From Escherichia coli (GTDB lineage Bacteria > Pseudomonadota > Gammaproteobacteria > Enterobacterales > Enterobacteriaceae): a stretch of DNA of 64,000 bases. Every line of letters starts with the position of its first letter. Position 1 is the stretch's first letter. Both the position numbers and the translations under genes were made by a program. Location of the stretch: the NCBI RefSeq assembly GCF_003334385.1, contig NZ_QOWN01000025.1; one strand, written 5' to 3'. The notes beneath the pieces were generated by a model that saw only the letters and a program-made list of their open reading frames with translations, did no database searches and had not been told where the DNA came from. Positions 49,306 to 61,314 of this stretch are shown piece by piece.

Positions 49306-49468
49306 CGGTGGTGACCTTACTATTTACGATCAAATAATTGCAGATGTATGGAATCATATATCCCGAATTGACAGGCTTAAAGGAATCATTGAGTCTACAC
49401 TCGCAGAGTGTGAAGAGCGTCATAAGAACTTAAGCGGAATTTATGCTGCCAGCCCAGGAGAGTGGAAG

Positions 49469-50326
49469 ATGTTGTACCTGACGAAAATAAGCAATGCGGG
49501 GAGTGAATTCACCGAAAACGAGCAAAAAATCGCTGACTTTCTGCAGGCCAACGTGAGTGAGCTGCAATCCGTTTCTTCACGGCAGATGGCGAAACAGCTC
49601 GGCATTAGCCAGTCGAGCATAGTGAAATTTGCCCAAAAACTCGGCGCGCAAGGATTTACTGAATTGCGTATGGCGTTAATAGGCGAATACAGTGCCAGCC
49701 GGGAGAAAACGAATGCCACGGCACTGCACCTGCACAGTTCGATTACCAGTGATGATTCGCTGGAAGTGATCGCGCGCAAACTGAATCGCGAAAAAGAGCT
49801 GGCGCTGGAGCAAACCTGCGCGTTGCTCGATTACGCGCGGCTGCAAAAAATCATTGAGGTCATCAGTAAAGCACCGTTTATCCAGATAACGGGCCTGGGC
49901 GGATCGGCGCTGGTGGGGCGCGATCTGTCGTTCAAACTGATGAAAATTGGCTATCGCGTGGCCTGCGAAGCCGACACGCACGTACAAGCCACCGTTTCCC
50001 AGGCGTTGAAAAAAGGCGATGTACAAATCGCTATCTCTTACAGCGGCAGTAAAAAAGAGATTGTCTTGTGCGCAGAAGCGGCACGAAAGCAGGGGGCAAC
50101 GGTGATTGCCATTACTTCTCTGACTGACTCTCCGCTGCGGCGGCTGGCGCATTTCACCCTCGATACCGTTTCCGGAGAAACCGAATGGCGTAGCTCGTCG
50201 ATGTCTACCCGCACGGCGCAAAATTCTGTTACCGATTTACTGTTTGTTGGCCTTGTGCAACTCAATGATGTGGAGTCATTGAAAATGATTCAGCGCAGCA
50301 GTGAGCTAACACAACGCCTGAAATGA
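49469..50326 (+). CDS. murR: RpiR-family transcriptional regulator MurR
   Basis: ORF 49214..50326 begins inside murQ on the opposite strand; ATG 49469 gives [14 protein letters not shown] (285 aa), HTH plus SIS domain; divergent from murQ. Confidence 0.85.
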   Translation: MLYLTKISNAGSEFTENEQKIADFLQANVSELQSVSSRQMAKQLGISQSSIVKFAQKLGAQGFTELRMALIGEYSASREKTNATALHLHSSITSDDSLEVIARKLNREKELALEQTCALLDYARLQKIIEVISKAPFIQITGLGGSALVGRDLSFKLMKIGYRVACEADTHVQATVSQALKKGDVQIAISYSGSKKEIVLCAEAARKQGATVIAITSLTDSPLRRLAHFTLDTVSGETEWRSSSMSTRTAQNSVTDLLFVGLVQLNDVESLKMIQRSSELTQRLK

Positions 50327-50454
50327 TGCATAAAGCAGCGACTGGATTGAGATTTTCCTGAATTAGTGAGCTGATCCGCAGCAATATTTTGTTTATCCTG
50401 TATTTTCAGAGGGAATGGAGTGTAACGCTCTGTATTAACAAGGAGAGCATTAAA

Positions 50455-51246
50455 ATGGGTAAACTCACGGGCAAGACAGCACTGATTACGGGCGCATTGC
50501 AGGGAATTGGCGAAGGAATTGCCAGAACTTTTGCACGTCATGGCGCGAACCTAATCTTGCTGGATATCTCCCCTGAGATCGAAAAGCTGGCGGACGAACT
50601 GTGTGGTCGTGGTCATCGCTGTACGGCGGTTGTCGCCGATGTGCGTGACCCGGCGTCGGTAGCCGCAGCTATCAAACGCGCGAAGGAAAAAGAAGGGCGC
50701 ATTGATATCCTGGTGAATAACGCAGGCGTTTGTCGTCTGGGCAGTTTCCTCGATATGAGCGATGACGATCGCGATTTCCATATTGACATCAATATTAAAG
50801 GCGTATGGAACGTCACGAAGGCGGTGCTGCCGGAGATGATTGCCCGCAAAGATGGTCGCATTGTGATGATGTCTTCAGTCACTGGTGATATGGTGGCCGA
50901 TCCTGGCGAAACGGCGTACGCCTTAACGAAAGCGGCGATTGTTGGCCTGACAAAATCGCTGGCGGTGGAGTACGCGCAGTCTGGTATTCGCGTTAACGCC
51001 ATTTGCCCGGGATACGTGCGCACACCAATGGCGGAAAGCATTGCCCGCCAGTCGAACCCGGAAGATCCAGAGTCGGTGCTGACTGAAATGGCGAAAGCAA
51101 TCCCGATGCGTCGCCTCGCCGATCCGCTGGAAGTCGGCGAACTGGCGGCCTTCCTCGCATCGGATGAATCCAGCTATTTAACCGGTACACAGAATGTGAT
51201 TGATGGCGGCAGCACACTGCCGGAGACGGTTAGCGTCGGTATCTGA
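50455..51246 (+). CDS. ucpA: short-chain dehydrogenase/reductase UcpA
   Basis: ORF 50389..51246; ATG 50455 with AGGAGA RBS gives MGKLTGKTALITGALQGIGEG (263 aa), Rossmann TGxxxGxG. Confidence 0.85.
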   Translation: MGKLTGKTALITGALQGIGEGIARTFARHGANLILLDISPEIEKLADELCGRGHRCTAVVADVRDPASVAAAIKRAKEKEGRIDILVNNAGVCRLGSFLDMSDDDRDFHIDINIKGVWNVTKAVLPEMIARKDGRIVMMSSVTGDMVADPGETAYALTKAAIVGLTKSLAVEYAQSGIRVNAICPGYVRTPMAESIARQSNPEDPESVLTEMAKAIPMRRLADPLEVGELAAFLASDESSYLTGTQNVIDGGSTLPETVSVGI

Positions 51247-51257
51247 TTCACCTCTGT

Positions 51258-51290
51258 TTCCTCCCTGCATTTGTGGGGAGGATTTCGTCT
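51258..51290 (+). terminator. candidate terminator after ucpA
   Basis: CCTCCC-TGCATTTGTG-GGGAGG hairpin followed by ATTTCGTCTT. Confidence 0.35.
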
Positions 51291-51549
51291 TGAACTAAGT
51301 TCACCAGGCTATTTTATTTGTCATTTTGGCCCCGGGCAGTGCTCGAAATCCTCACGTACTATGTGTACGCTCCGGTTTCTCCGCGCTGTTCGTGTCCAAA
51401 CTGACTGCAACAATTACGCCTGTTGAACCAAGTTCTTATTCCCTTTTCAACTTCCAAATCACCAAACGGTATATAAAACCGTTACTCCTTTCACGTCCGT
51501 TATAAATATGATGGCTATTAGAAAGTCATTAAATTTATAAGGGTGCGCA

Positions 51550-52566
51550 ATGGCCGTTAACTTACTGAAAAAGAACTCACTCGCGCTGGTCGCTTCTCTG
51601 CTGCTGGCGGGCCATGTACAGGCAACGGAACTGCTGAACAGTTCTTATGACGTCTCCCGCGAGCTGTTTGCCGCCCTGAATCCGCCGTTTGAGCAACAAT
51701 GGGCAAAAGATAACGGCGGCGACAAACTGACGATAAAACAATCTCATGCCGGGTCATCAAAACAGGCGCTGGCGATTTTACAGGGCTTAAAAGCCGACGT
51801 TGTCACTTATAACCAGGTGACCGACGTACAAATCCTGCACGATAAAGGCAAGCTGATCCCGGCCGACTGGCAGTCGCGCCTGCCGAATAATAGCTCGCCG
51901 TTCTACTCCACCATGGGCTTCCTGGTGCGTAAGGGTAACCCGAAGAATATCCACGATTGGAACGACCTGGTGCGCTCCGACGTGAAGCTGATTTTCCCGA
52001 ACCCGAAAACGTCGGGTAACGCGCGTTATACCTATCTGGCGGCATGGGGCGCAGCGGATAAAGCTGACGGTGGTGACAAAGGCAAAACCGAACAGTTTAT
52101 GACCCAGTTCCTGAAAAACGTTGAAGTGTTCGATACTGGCGGTCGTGGCGCGACCACCACTTTTGCCGAGCGCGGCCTGGGCGATGTGCTGATTAGCTTC
52201 GAATCGGAAGTGAACAACATCCGTAAACAGTATGAAGCGCAGGGCTTTGAAGTGGTGATTCCGAAAACCAACATTCTGGCGGAATTCCCGGTGGCGTGGG
52301 TTGATAAAAACGTGCAGGCCAACGGTACGGAAAAAGCCGCCAAAGCCTATCTGAACTGGCTCTATAGCCCGCAGGCGCAAACCATCATCACCGACTATTA
52401 CTACCGCGTGAATAACCCGGAGGTGATGGACAAACTGAAAGACAAATTCCCGCAGACCGAGCTGTTCCGCGTGGAAGACAAATTTGGCTCCTGGCCGGAA
52501 GTGATGAAAACCCACTTCACCAGCGGCGGCGAGTTAGACAAGCTGTTAGCGGCGGGGCGTAACTGA
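51550..52566 (+). CDS. cysP: thiosulfate/sulfate ABC transporter periplasmic binding protein
   Basis: 338 aa with signal peptide. Confidence 0.9.
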
Positions 52567-53399
52567 TGTTTGCTGTCTCCTCCAGACGCGTGCTGCCGGG
52601 CTTTACCTTAAGCCTCGGCACCAGTCTGCTGTTTGTGTGCCTGATTTTGCTGCTGCCGCTCTCCGCGCTGGTGATGCAACTGGCCCAGATGAGCTGGGCG
52701 CAGTACTGGGAGGTGATCACCAACCCGCAGGTGGTCGCGGCCTACAAAGTAACGCTGCTGTCGGCGTTTGTGGCATCGATTTTTAACGGCGTTTTCGGTC
52801 TGCTGATGGCGTGGATCCTAACCCGCTATCGCTTCCCAGGCCGCACGCTGCTTGATGCGCTGATGGATTTACCCTTTGCGCTGCCAACGGCTGTCGCCGG
52901 TTTAACGCTGGCCTCGCTCTTTTCCGTAAACGGTTTTTACGGTGAATGGCTGGCGAAGTTTGATATCAAAGTCACCTATACATGGCTGGGGATTGCGGTG
53001 GCTATGGCCTTTACCAGCATTCCGTTTGTGGTGCGTACCGTGCAGCCGGTGCTGGAAGAGTTAGGCCCGGAATATGAAGAAGCGGCGGAAACGCTTGGTG
53101 CAACGCGCTGGCAGAGTTTCTGCAAAGTGGTGCTGCCGGAGCTTTCTCCGGCGCTGGTGGCGGGCGTGGCGCTGTCGTTTACCCGTAGTCTTGGTGAATT
53201 TGGCGCGGTGATTTTTATCGCCGGAAATATCGCGTGGAAGACGGAAGTGACGTCGCTGATGATTTTTGTGCGCTTACAGGAGTTTGATTACCCGGCAGCG
53301 AGCGCGATTGCTTCGGTGATCCTCGCGGCATCTCTGCTGCTGCTGTTCTCAATTAACACTCTGCAAAGTCGCTTTGGTCGGCGTGTGGTAGGTCATTAA
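52566..53399 (+). CDS. cysU: sulfate/thiosulfate ABC transporter permease
   Basis: 277 aa; start overlaps the cysP stop. Confidence 0.9.
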   Translation: MFAVSSRRVLPGFTLSLGTSLLFVCLILLLPLSALVMQLAQMSWAQYWEVITNPQVVAAYKVTLLSAFVASIFNGVFGLLMAWILTRYRFPGRTLLDALMDLPFALPTAVAGLTLASLFSVNGFYGEWLAKFDIKVTYTWLGIAVAMAFTSIPFVVRTVQPVLEELGPEYEEAAETLGATRWQSFCKVVLPELSPALVAGVALSFTRSLGEFGAVIFIAGNIAWKTEVTSLMIFVRLQEFDYPAASAIASVILAASLLLLFSINTLQSRFGRRVVGH

Positions 53400-54274
53400 T
53401 GGCGGAAGTTACCCAATTGAAGCGTTATGACGCGCGCCCGATTAACTGGGGCAAATGGTTTCTGATTGGCATCGGGATGCTGGTTTCGGCGTTCATCCTG
53501 CTGGTGCCGATGATTTACATCTTCGTGCAGGCATTCAGCAAGGGGCTGATGCCGGTTTTACAGAATCTGGCCGATCCGGACATGCTGCACGCCATCTGGC
53601 TGACGGTGATGATCGCGCTGATTGCCGTACCGGTAAACCTGGTGTTCGGCATTCTGCTGGCCTGGCTGGTGACGCGCTTTAACTTCCCTGGACGCCAGTT
53701 ACTGCTGACGCTACTGGACATTCCGTTTGCCGTATCGCCGGTGGTTGCCGGTCTGGTGTATTTGCTGTTCTACGGCTCTAACGGCCCGCTCGGCGGTTGG
53801 CTCGACGAGCATAACCTGCAAATTATGTTCTCCTGGCCGGGAATGGTGCTGGTCACCATCTTCGTGACGTGTCCGTTTGTGGTGCGCGAACTGGTGCCGG
53901 TGATGTTAAGCCAGGGCAGCCAGGAAGACGAAGCGGCGATTTTGCTTGGCGCGTCCGGCTGGCAGATGTTCCGTCGCGTCACATTACCGAACATCCGCTG
54001 GGCGCTGCTTTATGGCGTGGTGTTGACCAACGCCCGCGCAATTGGCGAGTTTGGCGCGGTGTCGGTGGTTTCCGGCTCGATTCGCGGCGAAACCCTGTCG
54101 CTGCCGTTACAGATTGAATTGCTGGAGCAGGACTACAACACCGTCGGCTCCTTTACCGCTGCGGCGCTGTTAACGCTGATGGCGATTATCACCCTGTTTT
54201 TAAAAAGTATGTTGCAGTGGCGCCTGGAGAATCAGGAAAAACGCGCACAGCAGGAGGAACATCATGAGCATTGA
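53399..54274 (+). CDS. cysW: sulfate/thiosulfate ABC transporter permease
   Basis: 291 aa; start overlaps the cysU stop. Confidence 0.9.
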   Translation: MAEVTQLKRYDARPINWGKWFLIGIGMLVSAFILLVPMIYIFVQAFSKGLMPVLQNLADPDMLHAIWLTVMIALIAVPVNLVFGILLAWLVTRFNFPGRQLLLTLLDIPFAVSPVVAGLVYLLFYGSNGPLGGWLDEHNLQIMFSWPGMVLVTIFVTCPFVVRELVPVMLSQGSQEDEAAILLGASGWQMFRRVTLPNIRWALLYGVVLTNARAIGEFGAVSVVSGSIRGETLSLPLQIELLEQDYNTVGSFTAAALLTLMAIITLFLKSMLQWRLENQEKRAQQEEHHEH

Positions 54275-55361
54275 GATTGCCAATATTAAGAAGTCGTTTG
54301 GTCGCACCCAGGTGCTGAACGATATCTCACTGGATATTCCTTCAGGTCAGATGGTCGCGTTGCTGGGGCCGTCCGGTTCCGGGAAAACCACGCTGCTGCG
54401 CATTATCGCCGGGCTGGAGCATCAAACCAGCGGGCATATTCGCTTCCACGGCACCGACGTGAGCCGCCTGCACGCACGTGATCGTAAAGTCGGTTTCGTG
54501 TTCCAGCATTACGCGCTGTTCCGCCATATGACGGTGTTCGACAATATCGCTTTTGGCCTGACGGTGCTGCCGCGTCGCGAGCGCCCGAATGCCGCAGCCA
54601 TCAAAGCGAAAGTGACAAAATTGCTGGAAATGGTCCAGCTTGCCCATCTGGCGGATCGTTATCCGGCGCAGCTTTCCGGCGGCCAGAAACAGCGCGTGGC
54701 GCTGGCGCGCGCGCTGGCTGTGGAACCGCAAATTCTGCTGCTTGATGAACCGTTTGGCGCGCTGGATGCGCAGGTGCGTAAAGAGCTGCGTCGCTGGCTG
54801 CGTCAACTCCATGAAGAACTAAAATTCACCAGCGTTTTTGTGACCCACGATCAGGAAGAAGCGACCGAAGTAGCTGATCGTGTAGTTGTGATGAGCCAGG
54901 GCAATATTGAACAGGCTGACGCGCCGGATCAGGTATGGCGCGAACCGGCGACCCGTTTTGTGCTCGAATTTATGGGCGAAGTGAACCGCCTGCAGGGAAC
55001 CATTCGCGGCGGGCAGTTCCATGTTGGCGCGCATCGCTGGCCGCTGGGCTACACACCTGCGTATCAGGGGCCGGTGGATCTCTTCCTGCGCCCTTGGGAA
55101 GTGGATATCAGCCGCCGTACCAGCCTCGATTCGCCGCTGCCGGTACAGGTACTGGAAGCCAGCCCGAAAGGTCACTACACCCAATTAGTGGTGCAGCCGC
55201 TGGGGTGGTACAACGAACCGCTGACGGTCGTGATGCATGGCGACGATGCCCCGCAGCGTGGCGAGCGTTTATTCGTTGGTCTGCAACATGCGCGGCTGTA
55301 TAACGGCGACGAGCGTATCGAAACCCGCGATGAGGAACTTGCTCTCGCACAAAGCGCCTGA
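54264..55361 (+). CDS. cysA: sulfate/thiosulfate ABC transporter ATP-binding protein
   Basis: 365 aa; Walker [10 protein letters not shown], signature LSGGQKQR; 11-nt overlap with cysW. Confidence 0.9.
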   Translation: MSIEIANIKKSFGRTQVLNDISLDIPSGQMVALLGPSGSGKTTLLRIIAGLEHQTSGHIRFHGTDVSRLHARDRKVGFVFQHYALFRHMTVFDNIAFGLTVLPRRERPNAAAIKAKVTKLLEMVQLAHLADRYPAQLSGGQKQRVALARALAVEPQILLLDEPFGALDAQVRKELRRWLRQLHEELKFTSVFVTHDQEEATEVADRVVVMSQGNIEQADAPDQVWREPATRFVLEFMGEVNRLQGTIRGGQFHVGAHRWPLGYTPAYQGPVDLFLRPWEVDISRRTSLDSPLPVQVLEASPKGHYTQLVVQPLGWYNEPLTVVMHGDDAPQRGERLFVGLQHARLYNGDERIETRDEELALAQSA

Positions 55362-55382
55362 TAGGTTGAGTGAATGTTAAAC

Positions 55383-55414
55383 GCCCGGAGGCGCTTCCCG
55401 CGATCCGGGCTTTT
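55383..55414 (+). terminator. terminator-like hairpin between cysA and cysM
   Basis: GCCCGGA-GGCGCTTCCCGCGA-TCCGGGC followed by TTTTT, 22 nt after the cysA stop. Confidence 0.45.
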
Positions 55415-55431
55415 TAATGGCAAGGTTTGTA

Positions 55432-55472
55432 ACCTGTAGACCTGATAAGACGCGCAAGCGTCGCATCAGGCA
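55432..55472. repeat. REP element inside the cysA-cysM spacer
   Basis: GACCTGATAAGACGCGCAAGCGTCGCATCAGGC. Confidence 0.6.
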
Positions 55473-55494
55473 ACACCACGTATGGATAGAGATC

Positions 55495-56406
55495 GTGAGT
55501 ACATTAGAACAAACAATAGGCAATACGCCTCTGGTGAAGTTGCAGCGAATGGGGCCGGATAACGGCAGTGAAGTGTGGTTAAAACTGGAAGGCAATAACC
55601 CGGCAGGTTCGGTGAAAGATCGTGCGGCACTTTCGATGATCGTCGAGGCGGAAAAGCGCGGGGAAATTAAACCGGGTGATGTCTTAATCGAAGCCACCAG
55701 TGGTAACACCGGCATTGCGCTGGCAATGATTGCCGCGCTGAAAGGCTATCGCATGAAATTGCTGATGCCCGACAACATGAGCCAGGAACGCCGTGCGGCG
55801 ATGCGTGCTTATGGTGCGGAACTGATTCTTGTCACCAAAGAGCAGGGCATGGAAGGTGCGCGCGATCTGGCGCTGGAGATGGCGAATCGTGGCGAAGGAA
55901 AGCTGCTCGATCAGTTCAATAATCCCGATAACCCTTATGCGCATTACACCACCACTGGGCCGGAAATCTGGCAGCAAACCGGCGGGCGCATCACTCATTT
56001 TGTCTCCAGCATGGGGACGACCGGCACTATCACCGGCGTCTCACGCTTTATGCGCGAACAATCCAAACCGGTGACCATTGTCGGCCTGCAACCGGAAGAG
56101 GGCAGCAGCATTCCCGGCATTCGCCGCTGGCCTACGGAATATCTGCCGGGGATTTTCAACGCTTCTCTGGTGGATGAGGTGCTGGATATTCATCAGCGCG
56201 ATGCGGAAAACACCATGCGCGAACTGGCGGTGCGGGAAGGAATATTCTGTGGCGTCAGCTCCGGCGGCGCGGTTGCCGGAGCACTGCGGGTGGCAAAAGC
56301 TAACCCTGACGCGGTGGTGGTGGCGATCATCTGCGATCGTGGCGATCGCTACCTTTCTACCGGGGTGTTTGGGGAAGAGCATTTTAGCCAGGGGGCGGGG
56401 ATTTAA
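55495..56406 (+). CDS. cysM: cysteine synthase B
   Basis: ORF 55417..56406 spans the REP; GTG at 55495 gives (M)STLEQTIGNTPLVKL (303 aa), PLP-dependent. Confidence 0.85.
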   Translation: MSTLEQTIGNTPLVKLQRMGPDNGSEVWLKLEGNNPAGSVKDRAALSMIVEAEKRGEIKPGDVLIEATSGNTGIALAMIAALKGYRMKLLMPDNMSQERRAAMRAYGAELILVTKEQGMEGARDLALEMANRGEGKLLDQFNNPDNPYAHYTTTGPEIWQQTGGRITHFVSSMGTTGTITGVSRFMREQSKPVTIVGLQPEEGSSIPGIRRWPTEYLPGIFNASLVDEVLDIHQRDAENTMRELAVREGIFCGVSSGGAVAGALRVAKANPDAVVVAIICDRGDRYLSTGVFGEEHFSQGAGI

Positions 56407-56428
56407 GGATTAATAGCATCGGAGACTG

Positions 56429-56543
<115 letters not shown>

Positions 56544-56594
56544 ATAAACAAAGCGCACTTTTTTAACAGTTGTTGCTGCCGACAAATGCAGTAT

Positions 56595-57329
56595 TTAATT
56601 TTCGTGAGGAAACGCCGTAAGGTCATCAATCATTTTTTGAAGTATTGGTGAGTCCTGACCGTCACCCCATTGAAGAATTTTTGCGGTAAGCTGATGACGC
56701 GCTAGTGCATTGAGTCCCATCTTTTTAAGTTTATGGGAGATTTTACCCATGACTTTAATCTGACCGAATGCAGTTGCGTAGGTAATCATATTGCTCTGGA
56801 TAGTGCTCATTTCATCGACTAGTAATTGCGCACGAACATCCTCTTCAAGAATACTGTCCATAGCGATGTATTTCATACCCCACATAGTTTCAATTAACAT
56901 TTGAGGGAAATCAGCACAGTCCAGATCCGGCTCTTTACGGAGGCTATTTTCAAGAACGTTTAGAGCATCAGCACCTTCATCGCTGCCAAAAGGAGATTCT
57001 TCATCCCAGCAACACATATAAAGTGGATCAGTAAAATGGCACTGGAAGTTTGGGTGTGACGTTTTAACATGTAACCCAATTTCTTCATCATCAAAATAGT
57101 AGCGATCCATGAAGTTAAACTTTGGATCTTCTTGATAGCCTTTCTTCATTTTTGCGGCAATCAATTTACTGGCTTCTTTCAGACACTGTTCTTCATTATC
57201 GAACTCTTTTGTCTGGAATTTACCAATACTACCTACCTTGCCATAGTTGACAGCTAAACTATCCCCTTCGTAATCTATCCACCAAAATTTATTCGATTTT
57301 TCATCGTGATAAATAAAGCGTTTTTTCAT
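56595..57329 (-). CDS. yfeS: WGR-domain protein YfeS
   Basis: 244 aa; MKKRFIYHDEKSNKFWWIDYEGDSLAVNYGKVGS resembles a WGR domain. Confidence 0.8.
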   Translation of the reverse strand: MKKRFIYHDEKSNKFWWIDYEGDSLAVNYGKVGSIGKFQTKEFDNEEQCLKEASKLIAAKMKKGYQEDPKFNFMDRYYFDDEEIGLHVKTSHPNFQCHFTDPLYMCCWDEESPFGSDEGADALNVLENSLRKEPDLDCADFPQMLIETMWGMKYIAMDSILEEDVRAQLLVDEMSTIQSNMITYATAFGQIKVMGKISHKLKKMGLNALARHQLTAKILQWGDGQDSPILQKMIDDLTAFPHEN

Positions 57330-57361
57330 GTTACCTCCTGTAAATGCCTTCCCAAAGCGGA

Positions 57362-57736
57362 TTAATTTCCTTCCGCAGGCACCGTTTTATCCGTCTGCGC
57401 AATTAACGCATGTAAAAAAGGCTGTGCGTTCTCATCGCTCTTACCGGGGATCTTCACAATATACGGCTTCCCAGTAATCGATGACGACGAAGCAACCTTA
57501 TCAATAAACTGCTCGGCAGTGTCAATGCGGTTACGGGTATTGCCGAGCTTCAGACGCAGATGAGAAACCGCTTCATAGCAGGTATGTTCATCACCGTTGC
57601 GCACAAATATCAAATCCTTTTTCTGTGCTAATCCCTCCAGCATGGCGTTGATGCGGGCTTCTTCATGGGCAGTTAACTTCGCGTAAACGGGGAGTGTCAT
57701 TAGTAGTGTAATGACCAGACAAATGATTTTCTTCAT
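57362..57736 (-). CDS. yfeK: small secreted protein YfeK (DUF5329)
   Basis: 124 aa; signal peptide [19 protein letters not shown]. Confidence 0.8.
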
Positions 57737-57761
57737 TGAATTACCTTATCCTTGTTTTGTG

Positions 57762-57804
<43 letters not shown>

Positions 57805-57840
57805 TTACGATGAGGATCATCGGCAAGGAGAAAAAATTAA

Positions 57841-58692
57841 ATGAGTAGTTTGTTGTTGTTTAACGATAAGAGTAGGGCACTGCAGGCGGATATCGTCGCC
57901 GTGCAGTCGCAGGTGGTTTACGGCAGCGTGGGCAACAGCATTGCCGTGCCTGCTATCAAACAGAACGGCCTGAATGTCTTTGCCGTGCCGACGGTATTGC
58001 TGAGCAATACGCCGCATTATGACACTTTCTACGGTGGTGCGATTCCGGACGAATGGTTTAGCGGCTATTTGCGTGCGCTTCAGGAGCGTGATGCGCTGCG
58101 CCAACTTCGTGCTGTAACCACGGGCTATATGGGAACGGCATCGCAAATCAAAATCCTTGCCGAGTGGCTGACTGCGCTACGCAAAGACCATCCTGACCTA
58201 TTGATCATGGTCGATCCGGTGATTGGCGATATTGATAGCGGAATTTATGTCAAACCTGACCTTCCCGAAGCGTATCGACAATATTTACTGCCGCTGGCGC
58301 AGGGAATTACCCCCAATATCTTTGAGTTGGAAATCCTGACCGGTAAAAATTGCCGCGATCTCGACAGTGCCATTGCTGCCGCAAAAAGTCTGCTTTCAGA
58401 CACATTAAAATGGGTGGTGGTTACCAGCGCCTCCGGTAATGAAGAAAATCAGGAGATGCAGGTTGTGGTGGTCACTGCCGACAGCGTGAATGTCATTTCC
58501 CATTCACGGGTAAAAACCGACCTGAAAGGGACTGGCGACCTGTTTTGTGCTCAGCTCATCAGTGGCTTGCTGAAAGGGAAGGCGTTAACCGATGCAGTGC
58601 ACCGAGCGGGGTTGCGCGTACTGGAAGTGATGCGCTACACCCAGCAGCATGAGAGCGATGAATTGATTTTGCCGCCGCTGGCGGAAGCATAA
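57841..58692 (+). CDS. pdxK: pyridoxal/pyridoxine/pyridoxamine kinase
   Basis: 283 aa ribokinase-fold PL kinase. Confidence 0.9.
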   Translation: MSSLLLFNDKSRALQADIVAVQSQVVYGSVGNSIAVPAIKQNGLNVFAVPTVLLSNTPHYDTFYGGAIPDEWFSGYLRALQERDALRQLRAVTTGYMGTASQIKILAEWLTALRKDHPDLLIMVDPVIGDIDSGIYVKPDLPEAYRQYLLPLAQGITPNIFELEILTGKNCRDLDSAIAAAKSLLSDTLKWVVVTSASGNEENQEMQVVVVTADSVNVISHSRVKTDLKGTGDLFCAQLISGLLKGKALTDAVHRAGLRVLEVMRYTQQHESDELILPPLAEA

Positions 58693-58721
58693 AAAAATGG
58701 CGCCGATGGGCGCCATTTTTC
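58693..58721. terminator. bidirectional terminator between convergent pdxK and crr
   Basis: AAAAAAATGGCGCC-GATG-GGCGCCATTTTT. Confidence 0.6.
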
Positions 58722-58734
58722 ACTGCGGCAAGAA

Positions 58735-59244
58735 TTACTTCTTGATGCGGATAACCGGGGTTTCACCCACGGTTACGCTACCGGACAGTTTGATCAGTTC
58801 TTTGATTTCGTCCATGTTGGAGATAACAACCGGAGTCAGGGTAGACTTGGCTTTCTCTTCCAGCAGCGGCAGATCAAATTCAATGACAGTATCGCCAACT
58901 TTCACGCGCTGACCTTCTTCAGCAATACGCTTGAAGCCTTCGCCTTTCAGTTCAACGGTGTCGATACCGAAGTGGACGAACAGTTCAACGCCGCTATCAG
59001 ATTCGATAGAGAATGCGTGGTTGGTTTCAAAGATTTTACCAATGGTGCCGTCTACTGGCGCGACCATTTTGTTACCCGTTGGTTTGATAGCAATACCATC
59101 ACCAACGATTTTTTCCGCAAAAACGACATCCGGCACGTCTTCGATATTGACGATCTCGCCAGAGAGCGGAGCAATGATCTCAATAGTTCCGGTATCCTTC
59201 TTGTCGTCGGAAACCAGAGATTTCAGTTTATCGAACAAACCCAT
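58735..59244 (-). CDS. crr: PTS glucose-specific EIIA component
   Basis: 169 aa ([39 protein letters not shown]). Confidence 0.95.
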
Positions 59245-59284
59245 GATCTTCTCCTAAGCAGTAAATTGGGCCGCATCTCGTGGA

Positions 59285-61012
59285 TTAGCAGATTGTTTTT
59301 TCTTCAATGAACTTGTTAACCAGCGTCATTAACTCGTCCGTTGTCGGTTGAGCAAGAGCCTGCTCTGCTAACACCTTCGCATCTTCGAAGTTCGTGTTAC
59401 GGATAATCTTCTTAATGCGCGGGATAGAAATGGCGCTCATAGAGAATTCGTCCAGACCCATCCCCAGCAACAGAAGTGTAGCACGTTCATCGCCAGCAAG
59501 CTCACCACACATGCCAGTCCATTTGCCTTCAGCATGAGAAGCATCAATAACTTGCTTGATCAAGTTCAGCACGGACGGTGACATTGGCTGGTAAAGGTGT
59601 GAAATCATATCATTACCACGGTCAACTGCCAGAGTGTACTGCGTTAAATCATTGGTGCCGATACTAAAGAAATCAACTTCTTTGGCTAAATGACGTGCAA
59701 TTGTTGCGGCAGCCGGTGTTTCCACCATTACGCCGATTTCAATTGACTCGTCAAACGCTTTACCTTCGTCGCGCAGTTCCTGTTTGTAGATTTCGATCTC
59801 TTTGCGCAGTGCACGCACTTCTTCAACAGAGATGATCATCGGGAACATAATGCGCAATTTACCGAAAGCCGAGGCACGCAGGATAGCGCGGAGCTGATCG
59901 CGCAGGATCTCTCTACGATCCATCGCGATACGGATAGCGCGCCAGCCGAGGAACGGGTTCTCTTCTTTCGGGAAGTTCATGTATGGCAGCTCTTTGTCGC
60001 CGCCGATGTCCATGGTACGAACGATAACCGCTTGCGAGCCACACGCTTCAGCCACTGCTTTGTAAGCAGCAAACTGTTCTTCTTCAGTGGGCAGTGCGTC
60101 GCGGTCCATGAACAGGAACTCAGTACGATACAGACCAACGCCTTCAGCGCCGTTACGCTCTGCACCTTCAACGTCACGAACCGTACCAATGTTAGCGCAT
60201 ACTTCTACCTGGTGACCGTCCAGCGTAATAGCTGGCAGATCTTTCAGTTTAGCAAGCTCTGCTTTTTCAGAAGCCACTTGCTCCTGAACAGCGCGCATTT
60301 TATCAATAACTTCGTTGGTTGGATTGACGTAAACCTGATTATTTACGGCATCCAGAATCAGATAGTCGTCATTTTTCACCTGAGAGGTGACGCTACCGGT
60401 ACCCACGATAGCAGGTAGTTCCAGAGAACGCGCCATGATAGAGGTGTGGGAAGTACGGCCACCCGCGTCGGTGATGAAACCCAGCACCTTCTTCAGGTTC
60501 AGCTGTGCGGTTTCGGACGGCGTCAGGTCAGCGGCAACCAGAATGACTTCATCCTGAATGGCGCTCAGGTCGATAATCTTCAGGCCCAGGATGTTGCGCA
60601 GCAGGCGCTTACCGATATCACGTACGTCAGCCGCACGTTCTTTCAGGTATTCATCATCCAGCTCTTCCAGGGCAGAAGCCTGACCTTCGATAACTTCATG
60701 AGCAGCTGCGTCAGCTGTCATGTGCTTATCTTTAATCAGGGCTATGATTTCCTGCTCCAGCTCCTCATCTTCGAGCAGCATAATATGCCCTTCAAAGATG
60801 GCTTCTTTTTCTTCACCGAACGTTTCACCAGCTTTCGTTTTGATCGTTTCCAGCTGGGCTGATGCCTTGGCACGACCGCTCAGAAAACGTTCAACTTCCT
60901 GATCAACCTGGTCGGCAGAAATTTTTTTCCGGTCAATGACAATTTCGTCTTCTTTCAGAAGCAGAGCTTTACCGAAAGCGATACCCGGGGATGCTAAAAT
61001 GCCTGAAATCAT
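59285..61012 (-). CDS. ptsI: PTS enzyme I
   Basis: 575 aa ([19 protein letters not shown]). Confidence 0.95.
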   Translation of the reverse strand: MISGILASPGIAFGKALLLKEDEIVIDRKKISADQVDQEVERFLSGRAKASAQLETIKTKAGETFGEEKEAIFEGHIMLLEDEELEQEIIALIKDKHMTADAAAHEVIEGQASALEELDDEYLKERAADVRDIGKRLLRNILGLKIIDLSAIQDEVILVAADLTPSETAQLNLKKVLGFITDAGGRTSHTSIMARSLELPAIVGTGSVTSQVKNDDYLILDAVNNQVYVNPTNEVIDKMRAVQEQVASEKAELAKLKDLPAITLDGHQVEVCANIGTVRDVEGAERNGAEGVGLYRTEFLFMDRDALPTEEEQFAAYKAVAEACGSQAVIVRTMDIGGDKELPYMNFPKEENPFLGWRAIRIAMDRREILRDQLRAILRASAFGKLRIMFPMIISVEEVRALRKEIEIYKQELRDEGKAFDESIEIGVMVETPAAATIARHLAKEVDFFSIGTNDLTQYTLAVDRGNDMISHLYQPMSPSVLNLIKQVIDASHAEGKWTGMCGELAGDERATLLLLGMGLDEFSMSAISIPRIKKIIRNTNFEDAKVLAEQALAQPTTDELMTLVNKFIEEKTIC

Positions 61013-61056
61013 AACCCTACCTTACTTGTGACTGATTTTTAAAAGAACCCGGGAAA

Positions 61057-61314
61057 TTACTCGAGTTCCGCCATCAGTTTAACCAGATGTTCAACCGCTT
61101 TCTGCTCGTCTTCGCCTTCTGCGGAGATAGTCACAACGGTACCTTGAGTCAGGCCCAGAGTCTGCAGTTTAAACAGGCTTTTCGCGCTGGCGCTTTTGCC
61201 GTTGGAAGTCACAGTAATTTCAGAAGTGAAGCCCTTAGCTTCTTTTACAAACTGGGCAGCAGGGCGGGTGTGCAGACCGTTCGGAGCGGTAATGGTAACT
61301 TCTTGCTGGAACAT
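61057..61314 (-). CDS. ptsH: phosphocarrier protein HPr
   Basis: 85 aa ([29 protein letters not shown]), His15 context. Confidence 0.95.

Noticed and set aside
49214-49468. N-terminal extensions implied by the ORF track (murR 370 aa; also cysM, ucpA, ypeA, tktB, yfeW)
   Set aside because: The extensions overlap neighbouring genes or REP elements and lack RBSs; internal starts reproduce the known protein N-termini.
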